The notes under the pieces: model-generated
Seen by the model: only the letters and a program-made list of their open reading frames with translations
Told to the model about the DNA's origin: nothing
Databases searched by the model: none
Position numbers and translations under genes: made by a program
Assembly (NCBI GenBank): GCA_964425255.1
Contig: CAYRMV010000002.1
Coordinates: 765 to 64,764, forward strand
Length of the DNA stretch: 64,000 nt
Reading direction: 5' to 3'
From: an uncultured Flavobacteriales bacterium
GTDB taxonomy: Bacteria > Bacteroidota > Bacteroidia > Flavobacteriales_D > Crocinitomicaceae
Shown here: positions 46,082 to 56,972 of the stretch, in pieces
How positions within the stretch are numbered: position 1 is the stretch's first letter
Layout of the letters: every line of letters begins with the position of its first letter

Positions 46082-47428
46082 CTATTTCATGATTTTTTTC
46101 CAGTAGGGAGAATTGCGTAACAATCCCAATGCAGGAAGATGAATACTAGCAAAAATTTCCTTTTGATTCAATGAGTCGAGGGTGAAACGGGTTTGATTTC
46201 CTTCCCAATTCCAAGTCCCATAATTCCCTTTCGAATAGATTAATTTGGGCACGTTTGTCGAAGCATTGAAATAGAGGTATTCAGGCTTAACGATTAATTT
46301 CAAAGGGGGAGAAGTTAGAAAATAATATTTGCTTCCTTCTTTGCGCATGATTCCTTTTGAAAAGAGCTTTGAAATCAATTCTTTTTGTTTTGCATTGGTG
46401 GTCATGAGAAATGAAAAACCAGGCAATTTTACTTCTTTGGTGCGTTTCACTTCAGTTGCATTAAAATCTTCATCAAAAACGGATTCGATATAGGTTTCCT
46501 GAACCGTGACTGTTCCTCCTTGATTGAATGAAATATCTCCGTTCCATGCTTCCATAAATTCGTCAACAGGAAAAGCAATGCGTTTTCCTAATTTATTCAA
46601 CCAAAAATAAATAGGATGGTCTTTTTTTGTTCGTAAGCGATCTACATCCAGGTGAATGTTTAGCATTTTACTTGAAGCTGTTACGGGTTTAAATGCCAAT
46701 CCAGAATCTTTTGCACTAATGTGTAATGAATCTTCCGTTCGAATATAAGATTTGATGTGTAATTGTACCGAATCTGCATCATGAGCAAACAAAGCCGATG
46801 CAATTCCTTTTACTTTCCAACGTTTTGTATTGGCACAAACCACTAATTTTTCATCAGCAAAAACAGGATCTTTCAAAAAATTTTGCCAACGCGGATTGAT
46901 ATCCCCTTTTTTGGAATACACTACGTGATACATTCGTTTGGAAAAATTGGAGCCATGATATACAAACAACCAATTTTTACCATAGGTGAAATACACATTG
47001 TCATCTTTGAGGCGATACACTTTTTGCTCTGCAACAACGGTATCTTTTATTTCAAAATTACTTTTCAAGCGAACAATTCCAGAACGTATTTTTGAACTAT
47101 CTGAAAGTGAGATTAATGAGCCCCATTCTTTGTTTTCATTCGCAAAGAAATAGCTAGGCTTTTGTAAATCAATCCCGTAGTTTTTGGCTTGTGCGAGTAA
47201 AAAATCAGGTGTTAACATGTCGCGCATGGGCAACTGATTGTAAAACAACAAGTCGGTAGTTTCTTTTGCTAAGTCGAATAAATACACTTTGCCCAAATAA
47301 TCTCCCTCTGGAATTCGGTCTTCCAACAAGGGGTCTTCGGGTTCTTTAAAAAACAACGGACGTAAGTAAAAGTAACTGCTCAGAATAGCAATTAACAAAA
47401 CAATAAAAAGACCTTTTCTAGCTAGCAT
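46082..47428 (-). CDS. hypothetical N-terminally membrane-anchored protein
   Basis: 448 aa with a single N-terminal TM segment. The start codon overlaps the upstream gene's stop (TAATG). No family recognised. Confidence 0.5.
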   Translation of the reverse strand: MLARKGLFIVLLIAILSSYFYLRPLFFKEPEDPLLEDRIPEGDYLGKVYLFDLAKETTDLLFYNQLPMRDMLTPDFLLAQAKNYGIDLQKPSYFFANENKEWGSLISLSDSSKIRSGIVRLKSNFEIKDTVVAEQKVYRLKDDNVYFTYGKNWLFVYHGSNFSKRMYHVVYSKKGDINPRWQNFLKDPVFADEKLVVCANTKRWKVKGIASALFAHDADSVQLHIKSYIRTEDSLHISAKDSGLAFKPVTASSKMLNIHLDVDRLRTKKDHPIYFWLNKLGKRIAFPVDEFMEAWNGDISFNQGGTVTVQETYIESVFDEDFNATEVKRTKEVKLPGFSFLMTTNAKQKELISKLFSKGIMRKEGSKYYFLTSPPLKLIVKPEYLYFNASTNVPKLIYSKGNYGTWNWEGNQTRFTLDSLNQKEIFASIHLPALGLLRNSPYWKKIMK

Positions 47429-49314
47429 TATTTAGACAAAACGTAGAACGAATTAACTAAATCTAATAAATATTTTCCAGAATTATCGTATTGACCCTCA
47501 AATTGATAAGTTAGTTTGAATTGAGTTTGTGAACGAGTCGTTTTGGATGATGTCAATTCCAAAATTCCGGTTTTTCCACGCATGGAATCCAACATTTCAT
47601 TTTGTTTCGAGTTGAACATTTCTCTTGGTAAATTATTCAAAGCGATGCCTAAATCAAAATGACCGTACATGAATTTACTTTTTTTCGCTGTTTTTGCAAC
47701 AGAACCGCCCAACGCGTTTGAACCATACCCATCCGGATGATTCAAAGCCAAATCTTCGTCATTGGTGAAAATGAACAAATTATTTCGGTTAATGATATAC
47801 AAAGGCAATGAATTTAATACAGCATCCTCCACAATCCAGTATTTTCCCATGTTTTTGAATCGAGAAGTCATGCGGGAAAAATGTTTCAATACTTTTTCAG
47901 GAATGTCTCCGTGAAGCGTTGAAAATCCGACTGTGAAAACAGGCATTTCTTCATCTGAAACGATTTCTCTTTCACCGTATTCAAATGTTTCTTCATCGTA
48001 GAAAAATTCGATTCGAGTGGATTTTACTTTTTTGATTCCATTAAAAGTTCCAAACATACTTCCTTTGTATGTGTCGAATAACTTGTCTGTATCTACAAAA
48101 TCATTGATCAATTCAGCGACCAAAACATTGCTTGAAATGCGGGGATCTTTTTCTTCTCTCAGAATAGGAATAATGACATCAAACGCTTTGTTATAGCCCT
48201 CTTTTAAGTTGATGTTATAGGTGAAAAATCCTGTATTGTTTTTGTGGATGTATTTCAACACGTTAGCATCAAATTTTGTATCATTTAATTTTTCGTAGAT
48301 ACTTCCTAACTTTTCCCCGTAATTTGCTTCAAAATCAATATCGATTGAATTTTCGCGTAGAAAAATATCTCCGAGCATGACGTTTCCAGTATACAAGTCT
48401 TTCACATCATTAAAAAGTTCGGGAAATAATGCCTGAAAGCCCCATAAACTGCGTGCATTTTGAAAATTTCGAGAATTATCTAGGTAGAAAATTCCATCGG
48501 AAGCATGTAGCAATTGTGCAGCAAATTTGCTGTCTTTTTGTTTTAAGTTGAAGCCTTTAACAAAAAGGTCATTTTCAATTTCTTGCATAAAGGCTAATTG
48601 CAAGGTTGTTGTGATGCTATCGCGCATCTCCCAATAGGTTTTGTTGAGTACATCATCTTCAATTACGACACCTTCAATGGATTCTTCTTCCATTCCAAGT
48701 TCTTCTTCTTCGGTGAGTTCTCCTGAATCTTCGGTGTACTCCTCTTCAATTTCATCTAGATTTTCCTCTTCGTATCCGTCCATGAAATACCCGTAACCAC
48801 GAGCAGCCCAAATGGAGTCAGCTACTTCGTTTACTTTTTCCGTACTTGGATCAACGCGCAAAACAAGACCTGCATTCCCTTTGATAAGGAGTTTGTTGAA
48901 ATAACTACTGTACATTTCTACACCAGGAATAGAACTTTCTACTTGGTCAAAATCATCGAAAACCTGAAAAAGTTGTTTTTTGTCTTTGATTCCGAACGTG
49001 AATCCCGCAATTTCGAATTGTTGGTTCTGTCCATAAAACACATTCAATTTTTGATCAAAATCGATACCTGCATCTTTTAATGTCTTGCCATTTGTGGAGC
49101 CATCAAATAACTCGGATTGAACCTCTGACATGAATTCGTATTGAACCAACTCATCCATCGATACTTTTTTGAAAAGTGATATGTTGTTGAATGTGAAGAC
49201 AGTAACAGCATCTTTCGGAATCAATTCATCCGATTGTTGAGCTTGTACCAACGAAATCATCACCGAGTTCAGAACAAGAACGGACCAAAATGGTGAAAAA
49301 AAAGATCTAATCAT
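47428..49314 (-). CDS. hypothetical secreted protein with an acidic central linker
   Basis: Signal peptide from MIRSFFSPFWSVLVLNSVMISLVQAQ (ATG 49314). Acidic stretch EEENLDEIEEEYTEDSGELTEEEELGMEEE. No family recognised. Confidence 0.5.
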   Translation of the reverse strand: MIRSFFSPFWSVLVLNSVMISLVQAQQSDELIPKDAVTVFTFNNISLFKKVSMDELVQYEFMSEVQSELFDGSTNGKTLKDAGIDFDQKLNVFYGQNQQFEIAGFTFGIKDKKQLFQVFDDFDQVESSIPGVEMYSSYFNKLLIKGNAGLVLRVDPSTEKVNEVADSIWAARGYGYFMDGYEEENLDEIEEEYTEDSGELTEEEELGMEEESIEGVVIEDDVLNKTYWEMRDSITTTLQLAFMQEIENDLFVKGFNLKQKDSKFAAQLLHASDGIFYLDNSRNFQNARSLWGFQALFPELFNDVKDLYTGNVMLGDIFLRENSIDIDFEANYGEKLGSIYEKLNDTKFDANVLKYIHKNNTGFFTYNINLKEGYNKAFDVIIPILREEKDPRISSNVLVAELINDFVDTDKLFDTYKGSMFGTFNGIKKVKSTRIEFFYDEETFEYGEREIVSDEEMPVFTVGFSTLHGDIPEKVLKHFSRMTSRFKNMGKYWIVEDAVLNSLPLYIINRNNLFIFTNDEDLALNHPDGYGSNALGGSVAKTAKKSKFMYGHFDLGIALNNLPREMFNSKQNEMLDSMRGKTGILELTSSKTTRSQTQFKLTYQFEGQYDNSGKYLLDLVNSFYVLSK

Positions 49315-49376
49315 AGTGTTTACTTTCGATGTAAAGTATGGGCGCAAGTTACTAATTTTTACGATGCTAATTGCGC

Positions 49377-50054
49377 TTATGGTTTTTTCATCGTTTGTAA
49401 ATAAATGGTATTATCGAGTAATTGATGGTTTTGCATCAAGGCATATGGATTTGTTTTTACCATGACAGCCATTTTGTTACTTGAAAGTACGCCTGATTCA
49501 TTTTCAAATTTTTCGATCGGTCTATCAAAACGGGTGATTGAGATATATTTACCATTTTTTAACGCTTCCGAATCTTCTTTTTTAAGTCGATCGGATGAAA
49601 AAGTAGAAAGAGGAGGAACGGATCGAGTCATTTTATTGCCGTCCCAAACGAGCCAATTATGATCTAGTTCTTTCCATTCTTTGTTTTTGGATTCTTCTTC
49701 TACAATTTCTTTGATGGCATCTTGTAGGTTTTCAATTCGTTTAAAATCACACGAGAATTTTAGAATGAACTCCGTATAATTGGCATCTACTTTCACATTC
49801 GTGATGCCTTCTTTGTTTGCTAATTTGTCCTTGTAATATTCTATTTTTTCTTTGATATCATTCAAAGATGGAACTTTGTGACCGTCTAAACTATCTAAAG
49901 CCAAAATCGAATTGATTTTTAATTTACTTGGACTGAGATTGACAACATATTTAAACGTACCACTTCCATCGCTTTTCAAGGAAATGTCGTCTGTGATCTC
50001 AACACAAGAAGCTAGAATAAAAATTAAGCTTACTACACCAAGTATCTTTTTCAT
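49377..50054 (-). CDS. hypothetical lipoprotein
   Basis: MKKILGVVSLIFILASC lipobox (ATG 50054). 225 aa. Confidence 0.55.
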   Translation of the reverse strand: MKKILGVVSLIFILASCVEITDDISLKSDGSGTFKYVVNLSPSKLKINSILALDSLDGHKVPSLNDIKEKIEYYKDKLANKEGITNVKVDANYTEFILKFSCDFKRIENLQDAIKEIVEEESKNKEWKELDHNWLVWDGNKMTRSVPPLSTFSSDRLKKEDSEALKNGKYISITRFDRPIEKFENESGVLSSNKMAVMVKTNPYALMQNHQLLDNTIYLQTMKKP

Positions 50055-50153
50055 GAATGATTCATTTTGAATGACAAAGTTATGTGTTTGAAAGGTATAA
50101 ATAACAAATTTTCCATTCAACACATTGTTTTGTTTGCAAAGATAAAGCCAAAT

Positions 50154-52907
50154 TTATTCCAAAGGAGATTGTTTACCTTTTTGGATGGCAGGAACTCCCG
50201 TTGACAGCCAAGTTGGTGCTGGTTTATCCTGAAGATAGAAATCAAAAAATTGACGCATACGGATACTCAAATCCATGCGGTTGGCATTTTTCATTAAGTT
50301 GTGATCATCTTCGTTGTAATTGAGCATCCAAACAGGTTTTTGTAAGCGTTTCAACCCTGTAAACAATTCAATTCCTTGATACCAAGGTACGGCACCATCT
50401 GCATCGTTGTGCATGATTAACAAAGGAGTTTGCACATTGGGTAAATGGAATAATGGTGAATTTTCTACATACAATTCAGGAGCTTCCCAAATGGTTTTTC
50501 CAATGCGACTTTGTGTGTGTTCGTATTGAAATTGACGGTTCAATCCTGATCCCCAACGAATTCCTCCATAAGCAGAGAACATATTCGAAACGGGTGCTCC
50601 AGCCATTGCTGCTCGATATCGGGTCGTCATGGTGATTAATTGTGCTGTTTGATATCCTCCCCAACTTTGACCTTGCAAGCCCATACGAGTCGAATCGATG
50701 TTTTTGTGTTTCTTAAGTACGTAATCGGTTCCGCTCATGATACAATCGTACGCACTTTTGGCAGGGTGTCCCACTTTGTAACGAATATCTGGAATAAGAA
50801 CAACATATCCTGCAGAGGCATATTCAGTAGGATAAATAATGGAGGCAGTTGGTCTTGGTGCATAGTGATTGTGTAATTCATCGCTGTACATTTCATAAAA
50901 ATACACCAACAACGGATATGATTTGGTTGAATCAAAATTTTCCGGTTTGTATAGCAAGCCTTCGAGTGGGATGCCTTGGTAGCTTTTCCATTTGATTAAT
51001 TCAACGGTAGCCCAATTGTAATCCTTTTGTTGCGGGTTGGTATGTGAAATTTGGGTCAATTGCGTATCGTTTTTCCATTCACCCGTGAACACATCTGGAT
51101 AATCTTGCAAAGAATTTTTTTGAAGAATGAACTGAGATCCTTTTTTCGCTTTTTGGATTCCGTTGAGTTGATGTGGTGAAACCAAAACAGGTTTATATTT
51201 TCCGTTTCCATCAGAAGCATACAACGACATGCTTTTGTCTTTTTCATCAAAACCAGTAAGATACGTGTTTGATGGATGGAAATAAACACTATCCGAATTC
51301 CATTCGTTTAATCGGAATCGAATTTTTTGTTTTGAACCTTGTTCAGCTGTCATTGAAATCAATGTTTCATTGCTTGGATTAAATTTCCAAACATCATAAT
51401 GCGACTGAAGAATTACATCATTTTCTTCTGTCCATCCTAAAACTCCATACGGCTCAGGAATGACAGGCATTCCGTTTACATCTTCTGCCCATTGAATGTG
51501 TTTTTTTGAACAAGTGATGCAGGAAGTTTTACCTGTATTAAGTTGTTTTACATAAAGTTGTGAATCCGCTTGTTGGAAATAAACAAAATGGCTTGCGTCT
51601 GGAGAAAGAGAAAAAGTGTGAACAAGCCCTTTACCAAGTAATTCCGTTTTTCCGGAAGCTAGGTCGACTAAGTAAAAATCACGTTTGTTTGGATAATCCC
51701 AATTGTAAGCATATTGGTATGGTTTGACCGAAATTCCTAAAGCTTTGTTGCTTTTTGAACGCTTGGATACATAGACAGACAAGGTATCTGAAGAAAGGAT
51801 TTGTATTTTCTCAGATGAAAGATCAAAATTGACAAGTTGGGTCTTCTTTTCATCTCTTTTTTGTTCCACAAGTTGCTGTGGTTGAAGACGATCATCTTTC
51901 CAATTCCAAACATCAACTTTGGCTTTTTCATTGGATAACAAGGTATCTTTGGGTTCAGGTTTTTGCCAAGGAGCAATTCCAAAATAGATTTTCGATTTGT
52001 CTTCTGTGAAAAAAGGAGCAAAGTTTTTACTAACACTTTTTGCATCAGGGAACGAATCAGCTATGGTTTTCCATCCGAGTGTTTGATTCCAACGGATCAG
52101 TTGATAGTTCTTGGCTTCCGAAGTATCTTTACTCACTAAAAATAACCAATCTGAGGTTTTCTTGTGCGCATGTATTTTTTCTATGGAGGTGTAATTTTTT
52201 TCGATTATTTGAACTTGATTTTCCTTCCAATAAGTAAGAGAAACGGAGTCTGATTTTTCTTTTTGATGTGTGCTAAACAATAGTTCGGGTAAGGTTTGGT
52301 GCCAAATAACATCTGTTACATTGATAAATTCCTTTTTTTGATCGTTTGATAGATGAAGAATCGTTAATCTCTTCCCATCAGATTCCACCTTTTTTTCTTC
52401 TTTCTTTTTGAATTGAAACCATTTTTTTTTCTTTTTTGGTTGATTCGAAAGTTTGTTTTCCTCAGACAAGTATGAAATCCAATTTTGAGATTCGTGAACT
52501 TGAAACGATTTGATTTTTGGGTGTTTGATTAATTTTTGTGTTTCTAAATTCCAAATTCCCAAGGAGTCTTTTGGCCATTTATCTTTTTTTATTTTGTTTA
52601 ATTCACAGGTTCTGAGTGTATCAAATCCTGGTGAAATTGTAAAAATAAGATGTGTTTCTTCGCCCGAAAATTGAGGATTCGTTCCGCGAAAAACCGAATC
52701 TTTTTTGCCTGTTAGGTTATTGACAACATACAAGTAACCGTCTCCCCGATGAGGTTTAATTGTATAAGCGGTGTATGTACCAGAAGAGGAAAGTTGAATT
52801 TCGCTGATTCGGTTCCAGGAATTATAAACTGTATGATCAATTTCTTTTTTTTGAGCTATAGATGTGTAACTTACTAGTATGGAACAAAAGAGGAAAATGT
52901 TTTTCAT
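50154..52907 (-). CDS. S9-family serine peptidase (prolyl oligopeptidase / dipeptidyl-peptidase-like) with N-terminal beta-propeller region
   Basis: Signal peptide from MKNIFLFCSILVSYTSIAQ (ATG 52907). Nucleophile motif GLQGQSWGGYQTA, then downstream NDADGAV and EDDHNL (catalytic Asp and His contexts). Confidence 0.8.
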   Translation of the reverse strand: MKNIFLFCSILVSYTSIAQKKEIDHTVYNSWNRISEIQLSSSGTYTAYTIKPHRGDGYLYVVNNLTGKKDSVFRGTNPQFSGEETHLIFTISPGFDTLRTCELNKIKKDKWPKDSLGIWNLETQKLIKHPKIKSFQVHESQNWISYLSEENKLSNQPKKKKKWFQFKKKEEKKVESDGKRLTILHLSNDQKKEFINVTDVIWHQTLPELLFSTHQKEKSDSVSLTYWKENQVQIIEKNYTSIEKIHAHKKTSDWLFLVSKDTSEAKNYQLIRWNQTLGWKTIADSFPDAKSVSKNFAPFFTEDKSKIYFGIAPWQKPEPKDTLLSNEKAKVDVWNWKDDRLQPQQLVEQKRDEKKTQLVNFDLSSEKIQILSSDTLSVYVSKRSKSNKALGISVKPYQYAYNWDYPNKRDFYLVDLASGKTELLGKGLVHTFSLSPDASHFVYFQQADSQLYVKQLNTGKTSCITCSKKHIQWAEDVNGMPVIPEPYGVLGWTEENDVILQSHYDVWKFNPSNETLISMTAEQGSKQKIRFRLNEWNSDSVYFHPSNTYLTGFDEKDKSMSLYASDGNGKYKPVLVSPHQLNGIQKAKKGSQFILQKNSLQDYPDVFTGEWKNDTQLTQISHTNPQQKDYNWATVELIKWKSYQGIPLEGLLYKPENFDSTKSYPLLVYFYEMYSDELHNHYAPRPTASIIYPTEYASAGYVVLIPDIRYKVGHPAKSAYDCIMSGTDYVLKKHKNIDSTRMGLQGQSWGGYQTAQLITMTTRYRAAMAGAPVSNMFSAYGGIRWGSGLNRQFQYEHTQSRIGKTIWEAPELYVENSPLFHLPNVQTPLLIMHNDADGAVPWYQGIELFTGLKRLQKPVWMLNYNEDDHNLMKNANRMDLSIRMRQFFDFYLQDKPAPTWLSTGVPAIQKGKQSPLE

Positions 52908-53109
52908 AATTATTGGCATTTTGAATCGGGACGAAAATACGAAATAGATCATGATCCGTGTGGAAATAAATTACATTATTCAATTAATTAAAGTGATTTA
53001 TTCATTCAAAAGCGTGAAACTTTCAATCGAAAATGTTAAAATGATATTTTTCGTTTGAAGTATATTTTTTCTTGTCTATTTTCGCCATTCACTTATTACT
53101 ACAAAAATA

Positions 53110-55830
53110 ATGAAGAAAAGTTTAGTACTGCTGTCTTTCCTAGTAGGAGGAATTACGGCTTGGGGACAAAAATCACCCCTGAAAACAGCACCAACCTTAA
53201 GCGGACAATTCAGTCAAACGCTTGCATCGGCTGGTTTAGATGTTTCATCGAGGACTATTACCTGTCAAGACACTTTGCGATATCCCTTAGTGAAACAACT
53301 TGCAATGGGAACATCCAATGGATTCAATTTATTTGATATCTGGCAATCAGACAATGAAGCCATTTCACAGGCATACACATTGAGTGGTACAAGCATTACA
53401 ATAAGTGGTGTAGAGTTTTACGGGATGAATGCATACGATGTGACGACAACTCCAGTTACAGGTACAGCGTCTGTTACCGTTCGTGCTGCGATTCATTCTG
53501 TGGATGCAAACAACAATCCAACCACTTTGTTGGCAAGTGCTACTAAAGTGATTACAAGTACAACAGCAGCATTCCATTATGTAACTTTTGCAACTCCAAT
53601 CACTGTGTCAGGAAATTATGCTGTTGTTTTGGATGTAGAAAGCGCGGGAGGAGTTTACACAACATACATTAACAGTGCAACTCCCAACCAAACTTACGAT
53701 GAAGATTTTGCACGCATGAAATCCACGTATTATGCAACTTCTGGCGGAACTTTTGTTCCAGTACCAACTTTCACAACTGGATTTACAGGCGGACCTTATA
53801 ATTTTGAGCCAATAGTTGCTCCAATTGTTTCCTATTCAATTACAGGAACTGCAACAGCAACACCAAGTCCCGCGTGTTTAGGAACTCCTGTTGTTTTTTC
53901 TGGAAGTGCTACACCAACTGGAGCAGTAAACAATCGCATGTACAACTATAACACATTTGCTGATTATTTTAATTTAGCTCAACATGATTCTACGTATGCA
54001 TGGGTAATGGGAGCTGGAATTCCTGTTGTTTGGAATGCCAACCACACCTATACATATCCAACTACGGGAGCAAAAACTCCTCAATTTTATACATTAGGTG
54101 GATTTGTAAGTTCATGTATTGAAGTAGCTAGTTTGCCACTAACAATTAACGCTTTACCAACAATCGGTGCTGGAACAGATGTTAGTATTTGTCCAGGTGC
54201 GTCTACAACGTTGGATGCGAGCGGTGGAGTAAGTTATTCTTGGGATAACAGTGCTGGGAATACGGAAATTGTAACCGTTTCTCCAAGTGCAACTACAACT
54301 TACACAGTTACAGGTACAGATGCAAATGGTTGTTCAAATACAGATCAAGTAGTTGTGACTATTTCACCTCTGGATGATGCTTCTTTTACCTATGCTTCAA
54401 ACACGGTTTGTGCTGGAAGTGCTTCCATTACACCTACAGCTGCTCTTGCAGGAACTTATTCATCTAGTGCTGGTTTAGTAATCAATGGAACAACCGGCGA
54501 AATTGATGTGAATGCGAGTACAGTTGGGACATACGTTATCACTCATTCTGTGAATACAACGTGTGCAAATAGTTCAACACAATCATTTACGATTACCACT
54601 TCTCCAGACGCTTCATTTAGTTATGCAAGTCCAACTTACTGTACTTCAGCAGTAGATCCATCTCCCGTGTTTACTGGTAGTGCGAGTGCAGGAACATTTA
54701 CTTCTTCTCCTGCAGGTTTGTCCATCAACGAAGTTAGTGGATTGATTGATCTATCTCAAAGTTTACCAGGAACTTATACGGTTACAAATTCAATTGCTGC
54801 AAGTGGAGCATGTGCAGCTGCAAGCGAAACTGAAACGGTTCAAATTTTAGCAGTTCCTTCTGCAACAATTACAGGAAATGGTACGATTTGTAATGCTGTT
54901 GGTGAAACCAATTCAACCACTTTGACCATCGCTCTTTCTGGAAATGGTCCTTGGGATGTAACTTACTCGGACGGTACAACTCCAACAACTGTATCAGGTC
55001 ATACAACAAATACATTAACGTTGAATGTATCAACAGCAGGAACATATACGGTTACTTCTGTTACCGATGCACAATGTACTACAACAGGGTCAGGGAGTGT
55101 TATTGTAAATACGTTTTCGAATCCAACTGTAACATTGTCTAATTTACCAGCAGTTTGTGAAAATGCTAGTGCAATTACCTTAAATCAAGGTTTGCCAGCA
55201 GGAGGAACATACAGCGGAAATGGTGTAACTGGATCTTCATTTAACCCGAATGGTGTTGCAACAGGTTCAACAATTACTTATTCGTATACAGATGCAAATG
55301 GATGTTCTGCAACAGCAAATGCACCCATCACGATTCATTCAATCACTCCCGTTTCGATTACACCTGTATCATCTCCATGCGTGAATCATCCAGCAGTAAC
55401 TTTAGCGGCTACACCAGCAGGAGGATCTTTCTCCGGAACAGGAGTACTTGGAACATTATTTAATCCAGCAACAGCAGGAACAGGTTCTCATGTTGTTACG
55501 TATACATTTACAAATGCAAATGGATGTGTTTCTACTGGAACAACGACAATTGTTGTTGATGGATGTTTGTCTTTGGATGAAACAAACTTAACGTCATTGG
55601 TTGTGTATCCAAATCCATTCCAAGGAAATATCCAAGTGAGTGGAAATTTTGGTGAAAACGCGATTCAAGATGTTCGTTTGTACAGCTTGGAAGGAAAACT
55701 TCAAGCAATCAACTACGATGTGCAAAATGGATTGATCGAAGTAGTCGTTGGTTCTGTCGCTTCAGGTGTTTATTTCTTGGAAGTTGTGAGCGACTTTGGT
55801 CAAGCTACTTTCCGTATTGAAAAGCAATAA
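53110..55830 (+). CDS. large T/S-rich repeat-containing secreted protein (adhesin-like) with T9SS C-terminal sorting domain
   Basis: Signal peptide. Tandem ~65-aa Ig-like repeats (DASFTYASNTVC.../DASFSYASPTYC...; TTTYTVTGTDANGCSNTDQVVVTI). C-terminal VVYPNPFQGNIQVSG...GVYFLEVVSDFGQATFRIEKQ. Confidence 0.8.
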   Translation: MKKSLVLLSFLVGGITAWGQKSPLKTAPTLSGQFSQTLASAGLDVSSRTITCQDTLRYPLVKQLAMGTSNGFNLFDIWQSDNEAISQAYTLSGTSITISGVEFYGMNAYDVTTTPVTGTASVTVRAAIHSVDANNNPTTLLASATKVITSTTAAFHYVTFATPITVSGNYAVVLDVESAGGVYTTYINSATPNQTYDEDFARMKSTYYATSGGTFVPVPTFTTGFTGGPYNFEPIVAPIVSYSITGTATATPSPACLGTPVVFSGSATPTGAVNNRMYNYNTFADYFNLAQHDSTYAWVMGAGIPVVWNANHTYTYPTTGAKTPQFYTLGGFVSSCIEVASLPLTINALPTIGAGTDVSICPGASTTLDASGGVSYSWDNSAGNTEIVTVSPSATTTYTVTGTDANGCSNTDQVVVTISPLDDASFTYASNTVCAGSASITPTAALAGTYSSSAGLVINGTTGEIDVNASTVGTYVITHSVNTTCANSSTQSFTITTSPDASFSYASPTYCTSAVDPSPVFTGSASAGTFTSSPAGLSINEVSGLIDLSQSLPGTYTVTNSIAASGACAAASETETVQILAVPSATITGNGTICNAVGETNSTTLTIALSGNGPWDVTYSDGTTPTTVSGHTTNTLTLNVSTAGTYTVTSVTDAQCTTTGSGSVIVNTFSNPTVTLSNLPAVCENASAITLNQGLPAGGTYSGNGVTGSSFNPNGVATGSTITYSYTDANGCSATANAPITIHSITPVSITPVSSPCVNHPAVTLAATPAGGSFSGTGVLGTLFNPATAGTGSHVVTYTFTNANGCVSTGTTTIVVDGCLSLDETNLTSLVVYPNPFQGNIQVSGNFGENAIQDVRLYSLEGKLQAINYDVQNGLIEVVVGSVASGVYFLEVVSDFGQATFRIEKQ

Positions 55831-55856
55831 TTAAAAACAGCTAACATAAATTCATG

Positions 55857-55887
55857 AAGTCGGAGGAGAGATCTTCCGACTTTTTGG
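55857..55887 (+). terminator. intrinsic terminator after the adhesin gene
   Basis: 11-bp stem AAGTCGGAGGA / TCTTCCGACTT (one wobble) with a GAGA tetraloop, followed by TTT. Confidence 0.7.
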
Positions 55888-55982
55888 TTTTTATCCAAAA
55901 AGGAAACAATAAAACTCAAAAAAACGAGTTAAGAACCTGAATTCAGGATTTACTGTTAAATTCGCACATCAAAATTGAACAC

Positions 55983-56972
55983 ATGCAACAAGGAAATGAA
56001 ATTGAACAACGCCAAAATTTGATTCTTTTTATTTGGAAAAAAAGACGAATTATTGGGATTGTAACTGGAATCGCTGCACTAGCTTCTTTGGTGATTTCCT
56101 TTTTCTTAACCCCGCTTTTTTTATCTTCAGCCATTGTTTTTCCCTCTGCGACAAGTACGGTTTCGTTCTCTGAACAGCGAAATGCAAAAGCTTCTTCCAT
56201 GGACTTTGGTGAAGAAGAGCAAGCGGAACAATTGGTGCAAATTTTGCAATCTTCTCGTATACGCGATATCGTTGTGCAACGTTTTGATTTGTTTAATCAT
56301 TATGAAATCAAACAAGACGATCCAAACAAATATTACAAATTAGGTAAGGCGTATGGTGAGCATATTCAATTTACACGTACTCGTTATGGATCCATTCAAA
56401 TTGATGTCTTAGATCGAGACCCAAAATTGGCAGCCGAAATGGCTAACAAAATTGTCGATTTGATTGATACCGTGAAAAATGACATGGTAAAAGAGCGAAC
56501 AATTCCTGCTTTTGAAATCAATAAACGAAAAAAAGACTTGCTAATCAGTCAGTTAAAGGAAATAAACATTCATTTGGATTCGCTTTCAGCACTTGGTGTG
56601 GTAACTTCCGAAGCGCGAGCAACCTTGTTTGCAGCTTACAACGAAGCAAAAAGTCCTGCCGATCGTGCGTATTTCAAGAATCAATTGGATGTAAACAACC
56701 GTTACGGTGCTGAATACGATGGATTGGTCATGCTTCGCGACGAAAAGACGGTGAAATTAGCGGAATTTGAAGATAGCTATGAACAAGCTGAATCAGATGC
56801 TTACACCAATTTTAACCACAAATTCATTGTCGAAAGAGCAGTTGTTGCAGACAAAAAAGACCGTCCTAAAAAAGCGATTGTGATTATCGTTGCAACTTTT
56901 GCGACCTTTATTTTCATGGTTTTTGCTTTGTTGATTGCAGAACGTATCAAAGAACTTCGTAAAGTAGCTTAA
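55983..56972 (+). CDS. polysaccharide chain-length determinant (Wzz-like) protein
   Basis: N-terminal TM segment, a coiled-coil periplasmic region, a C-terminal TM segment, and 329 aa. Context is next to an O-antigen-ligase-like gene. Confidence 0.6.
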   Translation: MQQGNEIEQRQNLILFIWKKRRIIGIVTGIAALASLVISFFLTPLFLSSAIVFPSATSTVSFSEQRNAKASSMDFGEEEQAEQLVQILQSSRIRDIVVQRFDLFNHYEIKQDDPNKYYKLGKAYGEHIQFTRTRYGSIQIDVLDRDPKLAAEMANKIVDLIDTVKNDMVKERTIPAFEINKRKKDLLISQLKEINIHLDSLSALGVVTSEARATLFAAYNEAKSPADRAYFKNQLDVNNRYGAEYDGLVMLRDEKTVKLAEFEDSYEQAESDAYTNFNHKFIVERAVVADKKDRPKKAIVIIVATFATFIFMVFALLIAERIKELRKVA

